Source of the DNA: Candidatus Staskawiczbacteria bacterium
GTDB lineage: Bacteria; Patescibacteriota; Minisyncoccia; Minisyncoccales; Staskawiczbacteraceae
NCBI GenBank assembly: GCA_026395295.1
Contig: JAPLYZ010000006.1
Coordinates: forward strand, 21,836-85,835
DNA length: 64,000 nt
Reading direction: 5' to 3'
Position 1 is the stretch's first letter. Each line of letters starts with the position of its first letter. The translations under genes and the position numbers were made by a program. Positions 7,831 to 17,300 of the stretch are shown here, piece after piece. Below the pieces are notes generated by a model. It made no database searches and was not told where the DNA came from. It saw nothing but the letters and a program-made list of their open reading frames with translations.

Positions 7831-7913
7831 ATTTGTAGCACTTAAAATCGGCGAATCCGAGCCTTGCATGGCTGCAAGGCAAGGACAAGCCAAAATATGG
7901 AAAGAAGACACCG

Positions 7914-8444
7914 ATGAAGAAAACAATCACAATTAAAACAGGTGATAAGCCGAAGCAGAAGAATGGAAAAACCGAAATGCAGAAGTTCCTGCTGGATCTC
8001 AGCCGCCAGATCGGCGCCGTGAAGCTGGGTGACGATGCTACTGGACCGAAGGAGGAAGTCGGACCAGGGGAAAGGGTTATCGGCACTTTGCCCGAAGACG
8101 TCAGGAAGCTCTTTGTTGTACACTCCAATCACATCGATGCGATGAATGGGCTGTGCAAGGGTTTCCACGCCTCATCATTGGAATTCCTTCTTGGCAAACC
8201 GCCTGAGCCCGAAGATGCGGTCGCTGCGGATCAACATGTCGTGTTGCACAGGCAGGTTGAACTCGTCAGCAATATCTTCTGGCACAGCGTCAGGAGAGCC
8301 TTTCCCGGAATTGCCTGCGAGGATCATATCGGGATCCGCAAGGACTGGCAGGTGGTCGTCATCCGCGAGCCCGAGTTGCCTAGTTCGGCGGTTGGTCTGG
8401 CTACTCTGCTGTCGCTATTGGGACGACAGCCTCATCGGGGTTAA
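7914..8444 (+). CDS. GC-rich cassette B: hypothetical protein (176 aa)
   Basis: Longest ORF of the GC-rich block, with overlapping shadow ORFs in other frames. I recognise no motif. Confidence 0.45.
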   Translation: MKKTITIKTGDKPKQKNGKTEMQKFLLDLSRQIGAVKLGDDATGPKEEVGPGERVIGTLPEDVRKLFVVHSNHIDAMNGLCKGFHASSLEFLLGKPPEPEDAVAADQHVVLHRQVELVSNIFWHSVRRAFPGIACEDHIGIRKDWQVVVIREPELPSSAVGLATLLSLLGRQPHRG

Positions 8445-8476
8445 CGCCCCGCCCTAATTTCGGGAAACTAGTTTAT

Positions 8477-8512
8477 GCCCCCTTTCGTTCACGCGAATCG
8501 GGGTCTTTTTTT
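8477..8512 (+). terminator. Terminator of cassette B
   Basis: ccccctttcg-ttcac-gcgaatcgggg followed by tcttttttt. It shares the 10-mer tttcgttcac with the terminator of cassette A. Confidence 0.6.
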
Positions 8513-8540
8513 ATAGCTACCGTAGTATACGGATACTTTT

Positions 8541-8560
8541 AATTCTGCGACCGCAGAATT
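8541..8560. repeat. Near-perfect 20-bp palindrome aattctgcg-ac-cgcagaatt
   Basis: 9-bp arms read directly from the sequence. It lies between the cassette B terminator and the helicase promoter. Confidence 0.5.
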
Positions 8561-8589
8561 CAGCGTATTAGCTGGGTGGGCAGTTTAAT

Positions 8590-8618
8590 TTGACATTAGG
8601 GATTTTTTGGTGTATAAT
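8590..8618 (+). promoter_or_regulatory. Helicase promoter (extended -10), leaderless-looking
   Basis: TTGACA, 17-nt spacer, tgTATAAT. Only 5 nt separate the -10 box from the ATG at 8624. Confidence 0.65.
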
Positions 8619-8623
8619 TAAGT

Positions 8624-9892
8624 ATGATACATAAACAAGCAGAAAAACCTTTATTAAATGAAACCGAAATGACTTTCGGCGGACTTGGCATTGCTCCAAA
8701 AATTCTTGATGTAATTTCAAAATTAGGATTTAGCGTCCCAACTTCCATACAACACAAGGCAATTACGCCTGCCATTGAAGGCAAAGATATTATTGGAATA
8801 GCTCAAACCGGCACAGGAAAAACTTTGGCATTTGGAATTCCCCTGATTCAGCAAATTTTGAAGGTTGGAGGACGAAAGGGTAAAGGCTTAATTATTTTGC
8901 CGACTCGCGAACTGGCCCTGCAGGTTGACGAAGTTATGCAAAAAATTGGCAGGTCATTTGGCATAAAAACAGTGGTTTTAATTGGAGGCGCTTCAATGTA
9001 TAACCAAGTGTGCTTAATAAGAAATAATCCTCATATTGTCATTGGAACCCCGGGAAGAATTATTGATCACATAGCTCAAAGAACCCTGAGTTTGAGCGAT
9101 GTCTCGGTGCTAATTTTAGACGAAGCCGACAGAATGTTTGACATGGGTTTTGCTCCACAAATAGCCAAAATACTTCAAGTTGTTCCAAAAGAAAGACAAA
9201 CAATGCTGTTTTCAGCAACCATGCCCGATGGCATTGTAAAAATTGCCAGCCATCATATGAAACTTCCGGTAAGGGTGGAAATAGCCAGGGCCGGAACCAC
9301 TGCTGAAAACATTGAGCACGAACTTTTTGTTGTTAAAAGGGACCAGAAATTTCCGTTGCTGAAAAAATTGCTTGAAGAGTACAAAGGAAGCGTGCTAATT
9401 TTTTTAAGAGTTAAGCATAACGCCAGAAAAATTTGCGATGGTTTGCGAGGCGTTGGAATTTCTTCAGCTGAAATACATTCAAACAGGTCTCTGGGCCAGA
9501 GAAAAGAAGCCTTAGAAGGCTTTAAGTTGGGCAGGTACAGGGTGCTTGTTGCAACTGACATTGCCTCGCGCGGGATAGATGTGAAGGGCATTGAGCTGGT
9601 TATCAATTATGACCTGCCGGAAAATCCTGAAGATTATGTTCACAGAATTGGAAGAACCGGCAGGGCCGGCATGACAGGCAAAGCAATTTCTTTTTGTTTG
9701 CCTGACCAAGGAGATAAAGTAAGGGAGATAGAAAGATTAACGCGGCTTTATTTGCCCATTGTAAAATTGCCGGACCTTTCGGCTCACATGGGTAAGCCCA
9801 TTAGCGCTTCAAATAGTTTTGAGAGAAATAATTATCCTCCGCGCAGGTCTAGGCAAACTAACCGTTTTAGTTATGCAAAAAAAAGATACTAA
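8624..9892 (+). CDS. DEAD-box ATP-dependent RNA helicase
   Basis: Q-motif, AQTGTGKT, PTRELA, DEAD (LILDEADRM), SAT, HRIGRTGRAG. Confidence 0.95.
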   Translation: MIHKQAEKPLLNETEMTFGGLGIAPKILDVISKLGFSVPTSIQHKAITPAIEGKDIIGIAQTGTGKTLAFGIPLIQQILKVGGRKGKGLIILPTRELALQVDEVMQKIGRSFGIKTVVLIGGASMYNQVCLIRNNPHIVIGTPGRIIDHIAQRTLSLSDVSVLILDEADRMFDMGFAPQIAKILQVVPKERQTMLFSATMPDGIVKIASHHMKLPVRVEIARAGTTAENIEHELFVVKRDQKFPLLKKLLEEYKGSVLIFLRVKHNARKICDGLRGVGISSAEIHSNRSLGQRKEALEGFKLGRYRVLVATDIASRGIDVKGIELVINYDLPENPEDYVHRIGRTGRAGMTGKAISFCLPDQGDKVREIERLTRLYLPIVKLPDLSAHMGKPISASNSFERNNYPPRRSRQTNRFSYAKKRY

Positions 9893-11150
9893 ATTAAAAA
9901 AAGAAATTAAATATGACGTTGCTGTTGTTGGAGGAGGCCCGGCTGGTATAATGGTGGCTGCCACAGCTGCAGAATTAGGGGCCAAAGTTGTGTTAATAGA
10001 AAAAAATAAACAGCTTGGCAACAAGCTTCTTTTGACCGGCAAGGGCAGGTGTAATTTAACTAACGCAGAGTTCAACCTGAGAGAGCTGGTGAAGAGCTAT
10101 AATAATGGTGAATTTTTATTTCACGCTTTTTCTGTTTTTGGTCCGAAAGAAACAATTGAATTTTTCGAAAAGCTGGGGGTAAAAACTAAGATTGAAAATG
10201 GCAAAAGAGTCTTCCCCGCAAGTAATGACGCAGAAGAAGTTTTAGAAGCGCTAAATAAATTTTTAGTTAAAAATAAGGTAGAAGTGCTTTTTAATTGCGA
10301 GGTCAAGGATGTTGTTAAAAAAGGGAATAGAATTGGAAAAATAATTTTAAACACGGGAGAGGTAACAGCTAAAAAATATATTTTTTGTAGTGGAGGAAAA
10401 TCTTATTCTTTGACCGGTTCTGATGGCTCGGGATATAAATTGGTTGAAAAATTAGGGCATACAATTATAAACCCAAAACCTGCTTTAACTCCCATAAAAC
10501 TGAAAGATAACTTAAAGGGCGGAGGCATTAAAAACTTGCAGGGTATAAATTTAGAAAATATAAGGTTAAGCGTTTTCCAAAACAATAAAAAGCAATTTTC
10601 AGAACCCGGAGAAATCTTGTTTACTCATTTTGGAATAAGCGGGCCGGCTGTTTTAAACATCAGCGGAAAAGTTGGCGACTTGCTGGAATTGGGAGAGGTA
10701 AAAATAATTGTTGATTTGTTTCCAGAGTTGAATCAAGAAGAAGTTTCTGAAAGTTTTGAAGAGATGTTAAAAAAATATCCGAAGAAGACTTCAAAAAATG
10801 TTTTATCGGAATTTTTGCAAGAGAGGCTGGCAGAATTTATATTGGGCATTTCCGGCATAGATAAAGATAAAACAGCTAACAACATGTCTAAGATTGAAAA
10901 AGCAATGTTGGTGAAAATTCTCAAAAATTTTGAATTGACGCCGGAAGCTGTTTTAGGTTTTGAAGGAGCCATGGTTACAAGAGGAGGCGTATCTTTAAAA
11001 GAAATAGATCACAAAACAATGCAGTCAAAGATAATAGATAATTTATTTTTTGCAGGAGAAATTATTGATGTCGACGGAAGAACAGGAGGATTTAATTTGC
11101 AATCCTGCTGGAGCACGGGTTATTTGGCCGGTAAAAGTGTTATAGATTAA
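9873..11150 (+). CDS. HI0933/BaiN-like FAD-dependent oxidoreductase (aminoacetone oxidase family)
   Basis: DVAVVGGGPAGIM dinucleotide fold, GKGRCNLTN, and C-terminal FFAGEIIDVDGRTGGFNLQ. The internal ATG at 9873 is preferred. Confidence 0.85.
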   Translation: MQKKDTKLKKEIKYDVAVVGGGPAGIMVAATAAELGAKVVLIEKNKQLGNKLLLTGKGRCNLTNAEFNLRELVKSYNNGEFLFHAFSVFGPKETIEFFEKLGVKTKIENGKRVFPASNDAEEVLEALNKFLVKNKVEVLFNCEVKDVVKKGNRIGKIILNTGEVTAKKYIFCSGGKSYSLTGSDGSGYKLVEKLGHTIINPKPALTPIKLKDNLKGGGIKNLQGINLENIRLSVFQNNKKQFSEPGEILFTHFGISGPAVLNISGKVGDLLELGEVKIIVDLFPELNQEEVSESFEEMLKKYPKKTSKNVLSEFLQERLAEFILGISGIDKDKTANNMSKIEKAMLVKILKNFELTPEAVLGFEGAMVTRGGVSLKEIDHKTMQSKIIDNLFFAGEIIDVDGRTGGFNLQSCWSTGYLAGKSVID

Positions 11151-11180
11151 AAAATATTTGATACTGTCAAGCATACTTTT

Positions 11181-11202
11181 CCGAGGCATTCCTCGGCTTT
11201 TT
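11181..11202 (+). terminator. Intrinsic terminator
   Basis: ccgagg-catt-cctcgg followed by cttttt. Confidence 0.7.
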
Positions 11203-11257
11203 AATTTGCTTTGAAGGTCTTTCATTTTGATAGTTTAGTTATCCACAGGTATGCATA

Positions 11258-11287
11258 TTGACACCCGACTTTTTGGTCAGTTATAAT
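11258..11287 (+). promoter_or_regulatory. lexA promoter, leaderless-looking
   Basis: TTGACA (11258-11263), 18-nt spacer, TATAAT (11282-11287). The ATG at 11294 is 6 nt after the -10 box. Confidence 0.6.
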
Positions 11288-11293
11288 GATTTA

Positions 11294-11929
11294 ATGACCA
11301 AGATTACAAAAAGACAGAAACAATTATTAGAGATTATTTATGATTATATTAGGGACACGGGTTATCCTCCGACATTTGAAGAAATGCGGGAAAGTTTAGG
11401 TGTGGTTTCAAACCAGTCCATTATTGACCTCTTGGCAAAATTAGAAAAGCAAAAATTGTTGAAAAGAAACGAGGCTTCTGCAAGGAGTTTAACCATTTTA
11501 CCTTTTGGTGACAAAATTTTGGAGCGACCGGCGTTAATCCCATTTTTGGGTGCCACAACAGCCGGTTCGCCTATGGAGGCAATGGAAATAGCGGGTGAAT
11601 GGAAGCAGATTTCTCCAGAAATTAAAGAATTAAAAAATAATGTTTTTATTTTGAAAGTTTTTGGTGATTCAATGATAAATGCCGGTATAGAAAATGAGGA
11701 TATAGTTTTAGTGAAAGAGCAGAAGGAATTTATTTCAGGTGACATAGTCTTAGCTCAGACAGAGGACGGCTCAACAATAAAAAGATTTATTTCAGACGAT
11801 AAACCGCCATATATTTATTTAAAACCGGAAAATCCAAAGTATAAAAATATTCCTTTTTCAGAAAACATGGAGTTAAAAGGCAAGATAATTTCAATATTAA
11901 AAAACGGATATTGGGGACCAGTAAAATAA
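11294..11929 (+). CDS. lexA: LexA repressor
   Basis: N-terminal wHTH (KRQKQLLEIIYDYIRDTGYPPTFEEM), an A-G cleavage site (TTAGSP), and S24 peptidase motifs GDSM and K (IKRF). Confidence 0.9.
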   Translation: MTKITKRQKQLLEIIYDYIRDTGYPPTFEEMRESLGVVSNQSIIDLLAKLEKQKLLKRNEASARSLTILPFGDKILERPALIPFLGATTAGSPMEAMEIAGEWKQISPEIKELKNNVFILKVFGDSMINAGIENEDIVLVKEQKEFISGDIVLAQTEDGSTIKRFISDDKPPYIYLKPENPKYKNIPFSENMELKGKIISILKNGYWGPVK

Positions 11930-11945
11930 CTGGTATAATAAGTTT

Positions 11946-14372
11946 ATGAAAAAAATAAAAGATATAAACTTTGCTCTTGTTGAGGAAACTCGACCACCAA
12001 TTTATACCGCTATGAAATATTGGGGGAAAAAACCTCATAATATTTGGCGGGAGTATATTAAGAACTACACTCCTGAAGATGGTTTATATTTAGATCCGTT
12101 TGCTGGTAGCGCAATAAGTGCTTTTGAGGCGATAAAAGCTGGCAGAAAAGCTATCGCGTTTGATTTGAATCCATTAACCTCTTTTTTGATAGAGACTTTT
12201 TGTAGTGAGTTTAAAAGAGAAAAATTTTTAGACGAAGTAAACAAAATAGTTGATGAAGTCAAAAATGATAAAGTTTATCAGGAATATTTTTATACCACTT
12301 GCAGAAAATGTGGGAGCAATTCAGCTGTGGCACAAAGCTTTAAATGGGAAAACGGAGAACTCTATGAGGTCGGAATTGAGTGTTTAAAATGTCAAAAAAA
12401 TAAAAAATCTCGATATCTTGAAAAACCGACATCAGCAGAAATAGCTAAAGTAAAAGAATTAAATAAGATAAAGATAAACACATGGTATCCTGAGGATGAA
12501 TTCTATAATTCGCCGTCTTTTTCTGCAAATTTTATAGAATGTATTGGAGGCAATCATTTTTCTGATTTATGGACCAGAAGAAATTTATATGTAATTTCCA
12601 GAATTTTTAACAAAATACTTGAAGTTGATGATATTACTCTAAAAAATCAGCTTTTGTTAGGTTTTATTAAAACAATCCATTTATGTACAAAAATGAGTGT
12701 CCCAAGAAGAGAAAAAGCGAATAGGGCTTTTTCTACGAGCTGGGGAAGATCAGCGTATATTTGTGCGGCGAGACAAATGGAAATGAACCCTTTAATGGTT
12801 TTTTATGGAAGTTGTTTCGGAAAGCAATCAGTCGAAAGCTCGCTTATTGATATAAAAAAATATTTAGGGAAAATTCCAAAAATATTATATGTTGATAAAA
12901 GCAATAAAAGTAATAAATCAAAAAATTTCGATATAAAATATGGCATTATTGATATAAATACAATTACCGATTTTATTGAAGAGGATTCAATAGATTTTAT
13001 TATGACAGATCCTCCATATGGTGGCCTTGTCCAGTATTTGGATTTGAGCACAATATGGCTGATTTGGTTAAAGAAATTCGATCAGAGATTTACTCCAAAC
13101 TATGAAAGTGAGATAACTGTAAAAAATAATATCCAGGATATTAATACCTATAAGATAAAGTTTCAAAATGGTATTAAAAATCTTTTTAAAGTATTAAAAA
13201 ATGACGGAAAAATAGTCTTTACATTTCATAATAAGGACATTAAAATTTGGAATGCCTTTTTAAATGCGATTTCAATGTCTGGTTTTAAAATAGAGAAAGT
13301 TATTCATCAACAAAATAGACGAACGGGAGAATCAAATGTTGCAAATCCTTACGGGACATCAGCTACCGATTTTTATATCCGTTGTATAAAAAAACCGACT
13401 GCAAGTTTCAAAACGGACGAACAAGAGTTTGAGCATTATGTCGTTGAAAAAACCATAAATCTTATAGCCCAAAGAAACGAACCAACCCCATATCAGATAT
13501 TATTTAATGGTATTTTGGCTGAAATTTCATCTGCTGGATTTAATATTGAGAATTTTGATAAGAATATTGAGCAAATTTTGTCTGCTCATGTCGGAACTAT
13601 TTTTGCGCTCAAAGACAATAATAGTAAGGCAGGAAAATATTGGTGGTTTAAAAATCCAACAGAATATATTAAATATCCCGATAAAAAACTAACCGATAGA
13701 GTTGAGGAAACAATAGCCTCTCTTTTAAGGCGAAAAGTGTCCGTGACACTTGATGAAGTTTTGGGTGAAATATTTGTTAAATATCCAAATGGATTAACTC
13801 CTGATATTAAATCAATCGATCAAATATTGAAAAAATTTGCTAATAAATCAGGTGGCAAGTGGGTTTATAGGGGCGGCGAAACCGAAAAAGATTTTACGGA
13901 TCATACTGAAATGCTTTATTTTTTGTCAGAAATCGGGAGGAAAATGGGATACGAAATCTATATTGGCAAAAGAGAGCAACCAGAAAATTACAATGGAAAG
14001 AGCCTATCAGAATATGCCGATATTACAAAATTGGATAAGTTAAATTTTGATCAGGATAAAAAAGATAGAGTTGAAATGATAGACATGGTCTGGATAAATA
14101 ATGATAGTGCTGAATATGCTCTTGAGGTAGAAAACTCCACAGACTTTACATCTGGCATACAAAGAGCGTCCAATCTTGATATTTCAATAAAGAAAATCAT
14201 GGTCTTACCGAATAAGAGAAAAGCAGAATTTTTGAACATTAAAGATCCTCTGTTTACTGAGAGTTTTAAAAAATATAACTGGTGCTATCTTTTTTATGAT
14301 GACATAATAAAGTTAAAATCCCTTAGAAATATCGATAAAGAAAACATAAATACCTTTTTGAACCATTTTTAA
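11946..14372 (+). CDS. Zn-ribbon DNA methyltransferase (COG1743-like) fused to a C-terminal PD-(D/E)xK-like domain; candidate type IIG-like R-M enzyme
   Basis: SAM motif LDPFAGSAISAFEA. CxxC...CxxC ribbon (CRKCGS...CLKCQ). Catalytic MTDPPYGG. The C-terminal IDMVW...YALEVENSTDF is nuclease-like (inference). Confidence 0.7.
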   Translation: MKKIKDINFALVEETRPPIYTAMKYWGKKPHNIWREYIKNYTPEDGLYLDPFAGSAISAFEAIKAGRKAIAFDLNPLTSFLIETFCSEFKREKFLDEVNKIVDEVKNDKVYQEYFYTTCRKCGSNSAVAQSFKWENGELYEVGIECLKCQKNKKSRYLEKPTSAEIAKVKELNKIKINTWYPEDEFYNSPSFSANFIECIGGNHFSDLWTRRNLYVISRIFNKILEVDDITLKNQLLLGFIKTIHLCTKMSVPRREKANRAFSTSWGRSAYICAARQMEMNPLMVFYGSCFGKQSVESSLIDIKKYLGKIPKILYVDKSNKSNKSKNFDIKYGIIDINTITDFIEEDSIDFIMTDPPYGGLVQYLDLSTIWLIWLKKFDQRFTPNYESEITVKNNIQDINTYKIKFQNGIKNLFKVLKNDGKIVFTFHNKDIKIWNAFLNAISMSGFKIEKVIHQQNRRTGESNVANPYGTSATDFYIRCIKKPTASFKTDEQEFEHYVVEKTINLIAQRNEPTPYQILFNGILAEISSAGFNIENFDKNIEQILSAHVGTIFALKDNNSKAGKYWWFKNPTEYIKYPDKKLTDRVEETIASLLRRKVSVTLDEVLGEIFVKYPNGLTPDIKSIDQILKKFANKSGGKWVYRGGETEKDFTDHTEMLYFLSEIGRKMGYEIYIGKREQPENYNGKSLSEYADITKLDKLNFDQDKKDRVEMIDMVWINNDSAEYALEVENSTDFTSGIQRASNLDISIKKIMVLPNKRKAEFLNIKDPLFTESFKKYNWCYLFYDDIIKLKSLRNIDKENINTFLNHF

Positions 14373-14375
14373 TTT

Positions 14376-15197
14376 ATGAATGGAATATTTGATAGAAGAA
14401 ACAAATTAAACGACCTTACGGGTAAAGAATGGTTGAAATTAACCAAGAGTTTTTGGGTTAGCGAAAAATGTAAGGAAGACAAATTTGCCTTTCAGCATCC
14501 AGCCCCCTTTTTAATAAAAGATATTGAGAGATTGATATCAATGTTTACAAAAAAAGGAATGATAGTTCTTGACCCGTTTAATGGCGTTGGAACAACTTTA
14601 ATCGCGTGCAATAATCTAAAACGAAAAGGAGTCGGAATTGATTTGAGTAAAAAATATTGCAATTTGACAGAAAAAAGACTAAAGGAATTCAATATAAAAG
14701 ACGGACAAAAAATTATTTGCGGAGATTCATTAAAAGAAATTTCAAAAATAAAGGGTAGAATAGATTATTGCGTTACCTCGCCACCGTATCACAATATATT
14801 AAAAAATAACGGGCAAGGATTAAGAGCTGAAAAAGAAGGCAAACGAAATGGATCAAGAATTGGGGTTGAATATTACTCTGAAGACAAAAATGATTTAGGA
14901 AATCAAAAATCTTATGAAAATTTTTTGAATTTGTTCGGTGAAATAATGTTAGCTGTTCATAAAAAATTAAATGATAAAAAATATACAAGTATTATAATTA
15001 GTGATTTTACTGTAAATAAAAAAGAAACATGTGTCCAAAGCGATATTTTTAAAATTATGGAAAGTATCGGTTTTGAATTTTCAGGCACAACCATTTTATT
15101 GCAAGATAATAAGCCATTATATCCGTTTGGATATCCGTATGCTTATAAAATAAATCATCAACATCAAAACATTATAACTTTTAGGAAAAATAGTTAG
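14376..15197 (+). CDS. DNA methyltransferase (SPPY, N4C/N6A type)
   Basis: HPAPFLIKDIERLI, LDPFNGVGTT (motif I) and CVTSPPYHN (motif IV). Confidence 0.85.
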   Translation: MNGIFDRRNKLNDLTGKEWLKLTKSFWVSEKCKEDKFAFQHPAPFLIKDIERLISMFTKKGMIVLDPFNGVGTTLIACNNLKRKGVGIDLSKKYCNLTEKRLKEFNIKDGQKIICGDSLKEISKIKGRIDYCVTSPPYHNILKNNGQGLRAEKEGKRNGSRIGVEYYSEDKNDLGNQKSYENFLNLFGEIMLAVHKKLNDKKYTSIIISDFTVNKKETCVQSDIFKIMESIGFEFSGTTILLQDNKPLYPFGYPYAYKINHQHQNIITFRKNS

Positions 15198-15209
15198 GAA
15201 ACAAAGAAT

Positions 15210-15560
15210 ATGGCAAAAGGAAAAAATAATGTGGAAAATTTAGATAAACTCAACAATAAGGAAACAAATGTGGTTCTGGAGATGCCAGAAGAGGTAGTTA
15301 TTAAATTGGTTCAAGAAAACCTAGTAAAAGATTACGAATTGCTGATATGGCTATTCAATGCATCTATTACCATCGCCGCATCCTTGTGGACTGCTTTTTA
15401 TACTTTAAATGTTGGGATCAGGTCTTCTCCATTTTTCAGCTCGGTGGCGTTTAGTATTTTTTCTATTGTTTTAATTTATTTAATTTGGAAGAATAGGAAA
15501 AAAGTATTTTCTATTTCTACCAGAAAAATTTTAAAAATTTCTGATTTTAATAAAAACTAA
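15210..15560 (+). CDS. Small two-TM membrane protein, last gene of the R-M-like block
   Basis: 116 aa with two hydrophobic helices. No recognisable motif. Confidence 0.55.
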   Translation: MAKGKNNVENLDKLNNKETNVVLEMPEEVVIKLVQENLVKDYELLIWLFNASITIAASLWTAFYTLNVGIRSSPFFSSVAFSIFSIVLIYLIWKNRKKVFSISTRKILKISDFNKN

Positions 15561-15661
15561 AAAATAATTTTATCAATTGTGTGAAAAGGTCGCCTTTCAG
15601 CGATTTTTTTATTGGTTCGGCCGGCTGGATGTTTGGCTAAAAATGTGTTAGAGTATTTATT

Positions 15662-17119
15662 ATGGCAAGTGATGAAACAATACTAAAATTTTCAAATGTT
15701 TCTTTTGAGTGGGCCACGTCTAAACCAATTTTAAATGAGGCCAGTTTTTCTGTGCGCAGAGGTTCAAAAATTACACTTATGGGGCAAAATGGAGCCGGCA
15801 AAAGTACAATTTTCCAATTGATAACCGGCGAGTCAAAGCCAGAATCTGGCGCGGTTAATATAAACGAAAATTTAACAGTTGCTACGGCAAAACAAGTAAT
15901 TCCTCGTGAAGATTTAGAACTGACTGTTAAAGATTTTTTTGGCAATTGTTTCACAGAAAAAGTGTATGACATTGATAAGAAAATTGACGACGTTTTAAAA
16001 ATAGTGAATCTTTCTGTCCCGCACGACCGGCTGGTTGGCAATCTTTCCGGAGGACAGCAGGCAAGGGTTCTTCTGGCCGGAGCTTTAATACAAAACCCAG
16101 ATTTGCTTTTGTTAGACGAGCCTACAAATAACTTAGACAAGGCGGGCATTGAACACCTGACAAATTTTATTGTTAATTACCCGAAAACCTGCATTGTTAT
16201 TTCTCACGACGCAGATTTTTTAAACACTTTCACGCAAGGCGTATTATATTTAGACATATTTTCCAAAAAAGTTGAGCAGTACACAGGCAATTATTTTGTT
16301 GTTGTTGAAGAAATTAAACTGAGGCTGGAAAGAGAGCGCATGAAAAACGCCAGATTAGAAAAAGATATTTCTCATAGGAAAGAGCAAGCCAATTTTTTTG
16401 CCCAGAAAGGCGGGCACTTAAGAGATGTTTCTTCAAAAATGAAAAAGAAAATTGAGGAACTTGAAGGCGAGGTTGTTGAGTTGAGAAGGGAAGATAAAAC
16501 AATAAAGAATTTTAACATTCCTTCACAAAAAGATATTGGAGGAGTTATTTTGCAACTGGACTCTGTGGCAGTTTCAGTGAACCACAAGTTCGTTAATAAA
16601 AAAGTTAATGTAACTTTAAACAAGCACGAAAGATTGCTGTTGTCGGGCCCCAATGGAATTGGCAAAACCACGCTTTTGGAAAAATTAGCTTCAGGCCACG
16701 CCAAAGGAGAGCATGTTAAAGCGGGGACCAAAATTGGATATTATAGGCAAGATTTTTCAACATTGGATTTTGACGCCACTGTTTATCAGGCTCTTTCAAA
16801 GGCAATGGAGGGCGATGGCACCGAGCAAGGTTTGAGGGCTCATGCAGCAGGATTTCTTTTGGATGCCGAAATATTAAAGGCTAAAATTGGGTCTTTGTCT
16901 GAAGGTCAAAAAGGGTTGGTTGCTTTTGCTGTGATATCTTTGGAAAAACCCGGTTTGCTTATTTTAGACGAGCCGACAAACCACATTAATTTCCGCCACA
17001 TTCCGATTATTGCCAAAGCAATTAATAATTTTGACGGGGCAATGATATTGGTGAGCCACGTTCATGATTTTGTAAGCAAAATAAAAGTGGATTTTACTTT
17101 AGACCTTGCCGCGCTTTAA
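15662..17119 (+). CDS. ABC-F family ATPase (two ABC domains, no TMD)
   Basis: Two Walker A motifs (GQNGAGKST, GPNGIGKTT), two signature motifs (LSGGQQ, LSEGQK), and an interdomain charged linker. Confidence 0.9.
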   Translation: MASDETILKFSNVSFEWATSKPILNEASFSVRRGSKITLMGQNGAGKSTIFQLITGESKPESGAVNINENLTVATAKQVIPREDLELTVKDFFGNCFTEKVYDIDKKIDDVLKIVNLSVPHDRLVGNLSGGQQARVLLAGALIQNPDLLLLDEPTNNLDKAGIEHLTNFIVNYPKTCIVISHDADFLNTFTQGVLYLDIFSKKVEQYTGNYFVVVEEIKLRLERERMKNARLEKDISHRKEQANFFAQKGGHLRDVSSKMKKKIEELEGEVVELRREDKTIKNFNIPSQKDIGGVILQLDSVAVSVNHKFVNKKVNVTLNKHERLLLSGPNGIGKTTLLEKLASGHAKGEHVKAGTKIGYYRQDFSTLDFDATVYQALSKAMEGDGTEQGLRAHAAGFLLDAEILKAKIGSLSEGQKGLVAFAVISLEKPGLLILDEPTNHINFRHIPIIAKAINNFDGAMILVSHVHDFVSKIKVDFTLDLAAL

Positions 17120-17300
17120 TGTCTAGACGTTTTTCTTTGTATTTGGTATGATTAACATCGGTTCTTTGACAATCTAACGGGGAAAGATCACAGCTTATAG
17201 AAAATTTATCAAGAGTAATAGTTTTTTGCAAGCCGTGATCTGTCCCTAAGCATCTGGACAGAAGTCTGGCAAAAAAATGAAAGAATAGAAAATAAATGTT

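Noticed and set aside
15637-16149. 170-aa minus-strand ORF, together with many similar antisense ORFs in the track (for example 4005-4367, 9253-9606, 11362-11745, 16372-16731, 24924-25304, 27871-28251, 34714-35115, 44001-44297, 48765-49082, 50028-50348, 56825-57349, 63278-63658).
   Set aside because: Each lies entirely antisense to, or out of frame within, a longer gene with clear conserved motifs. The translations are low-complexity with no motifs. They are treated as shadow ORFs.
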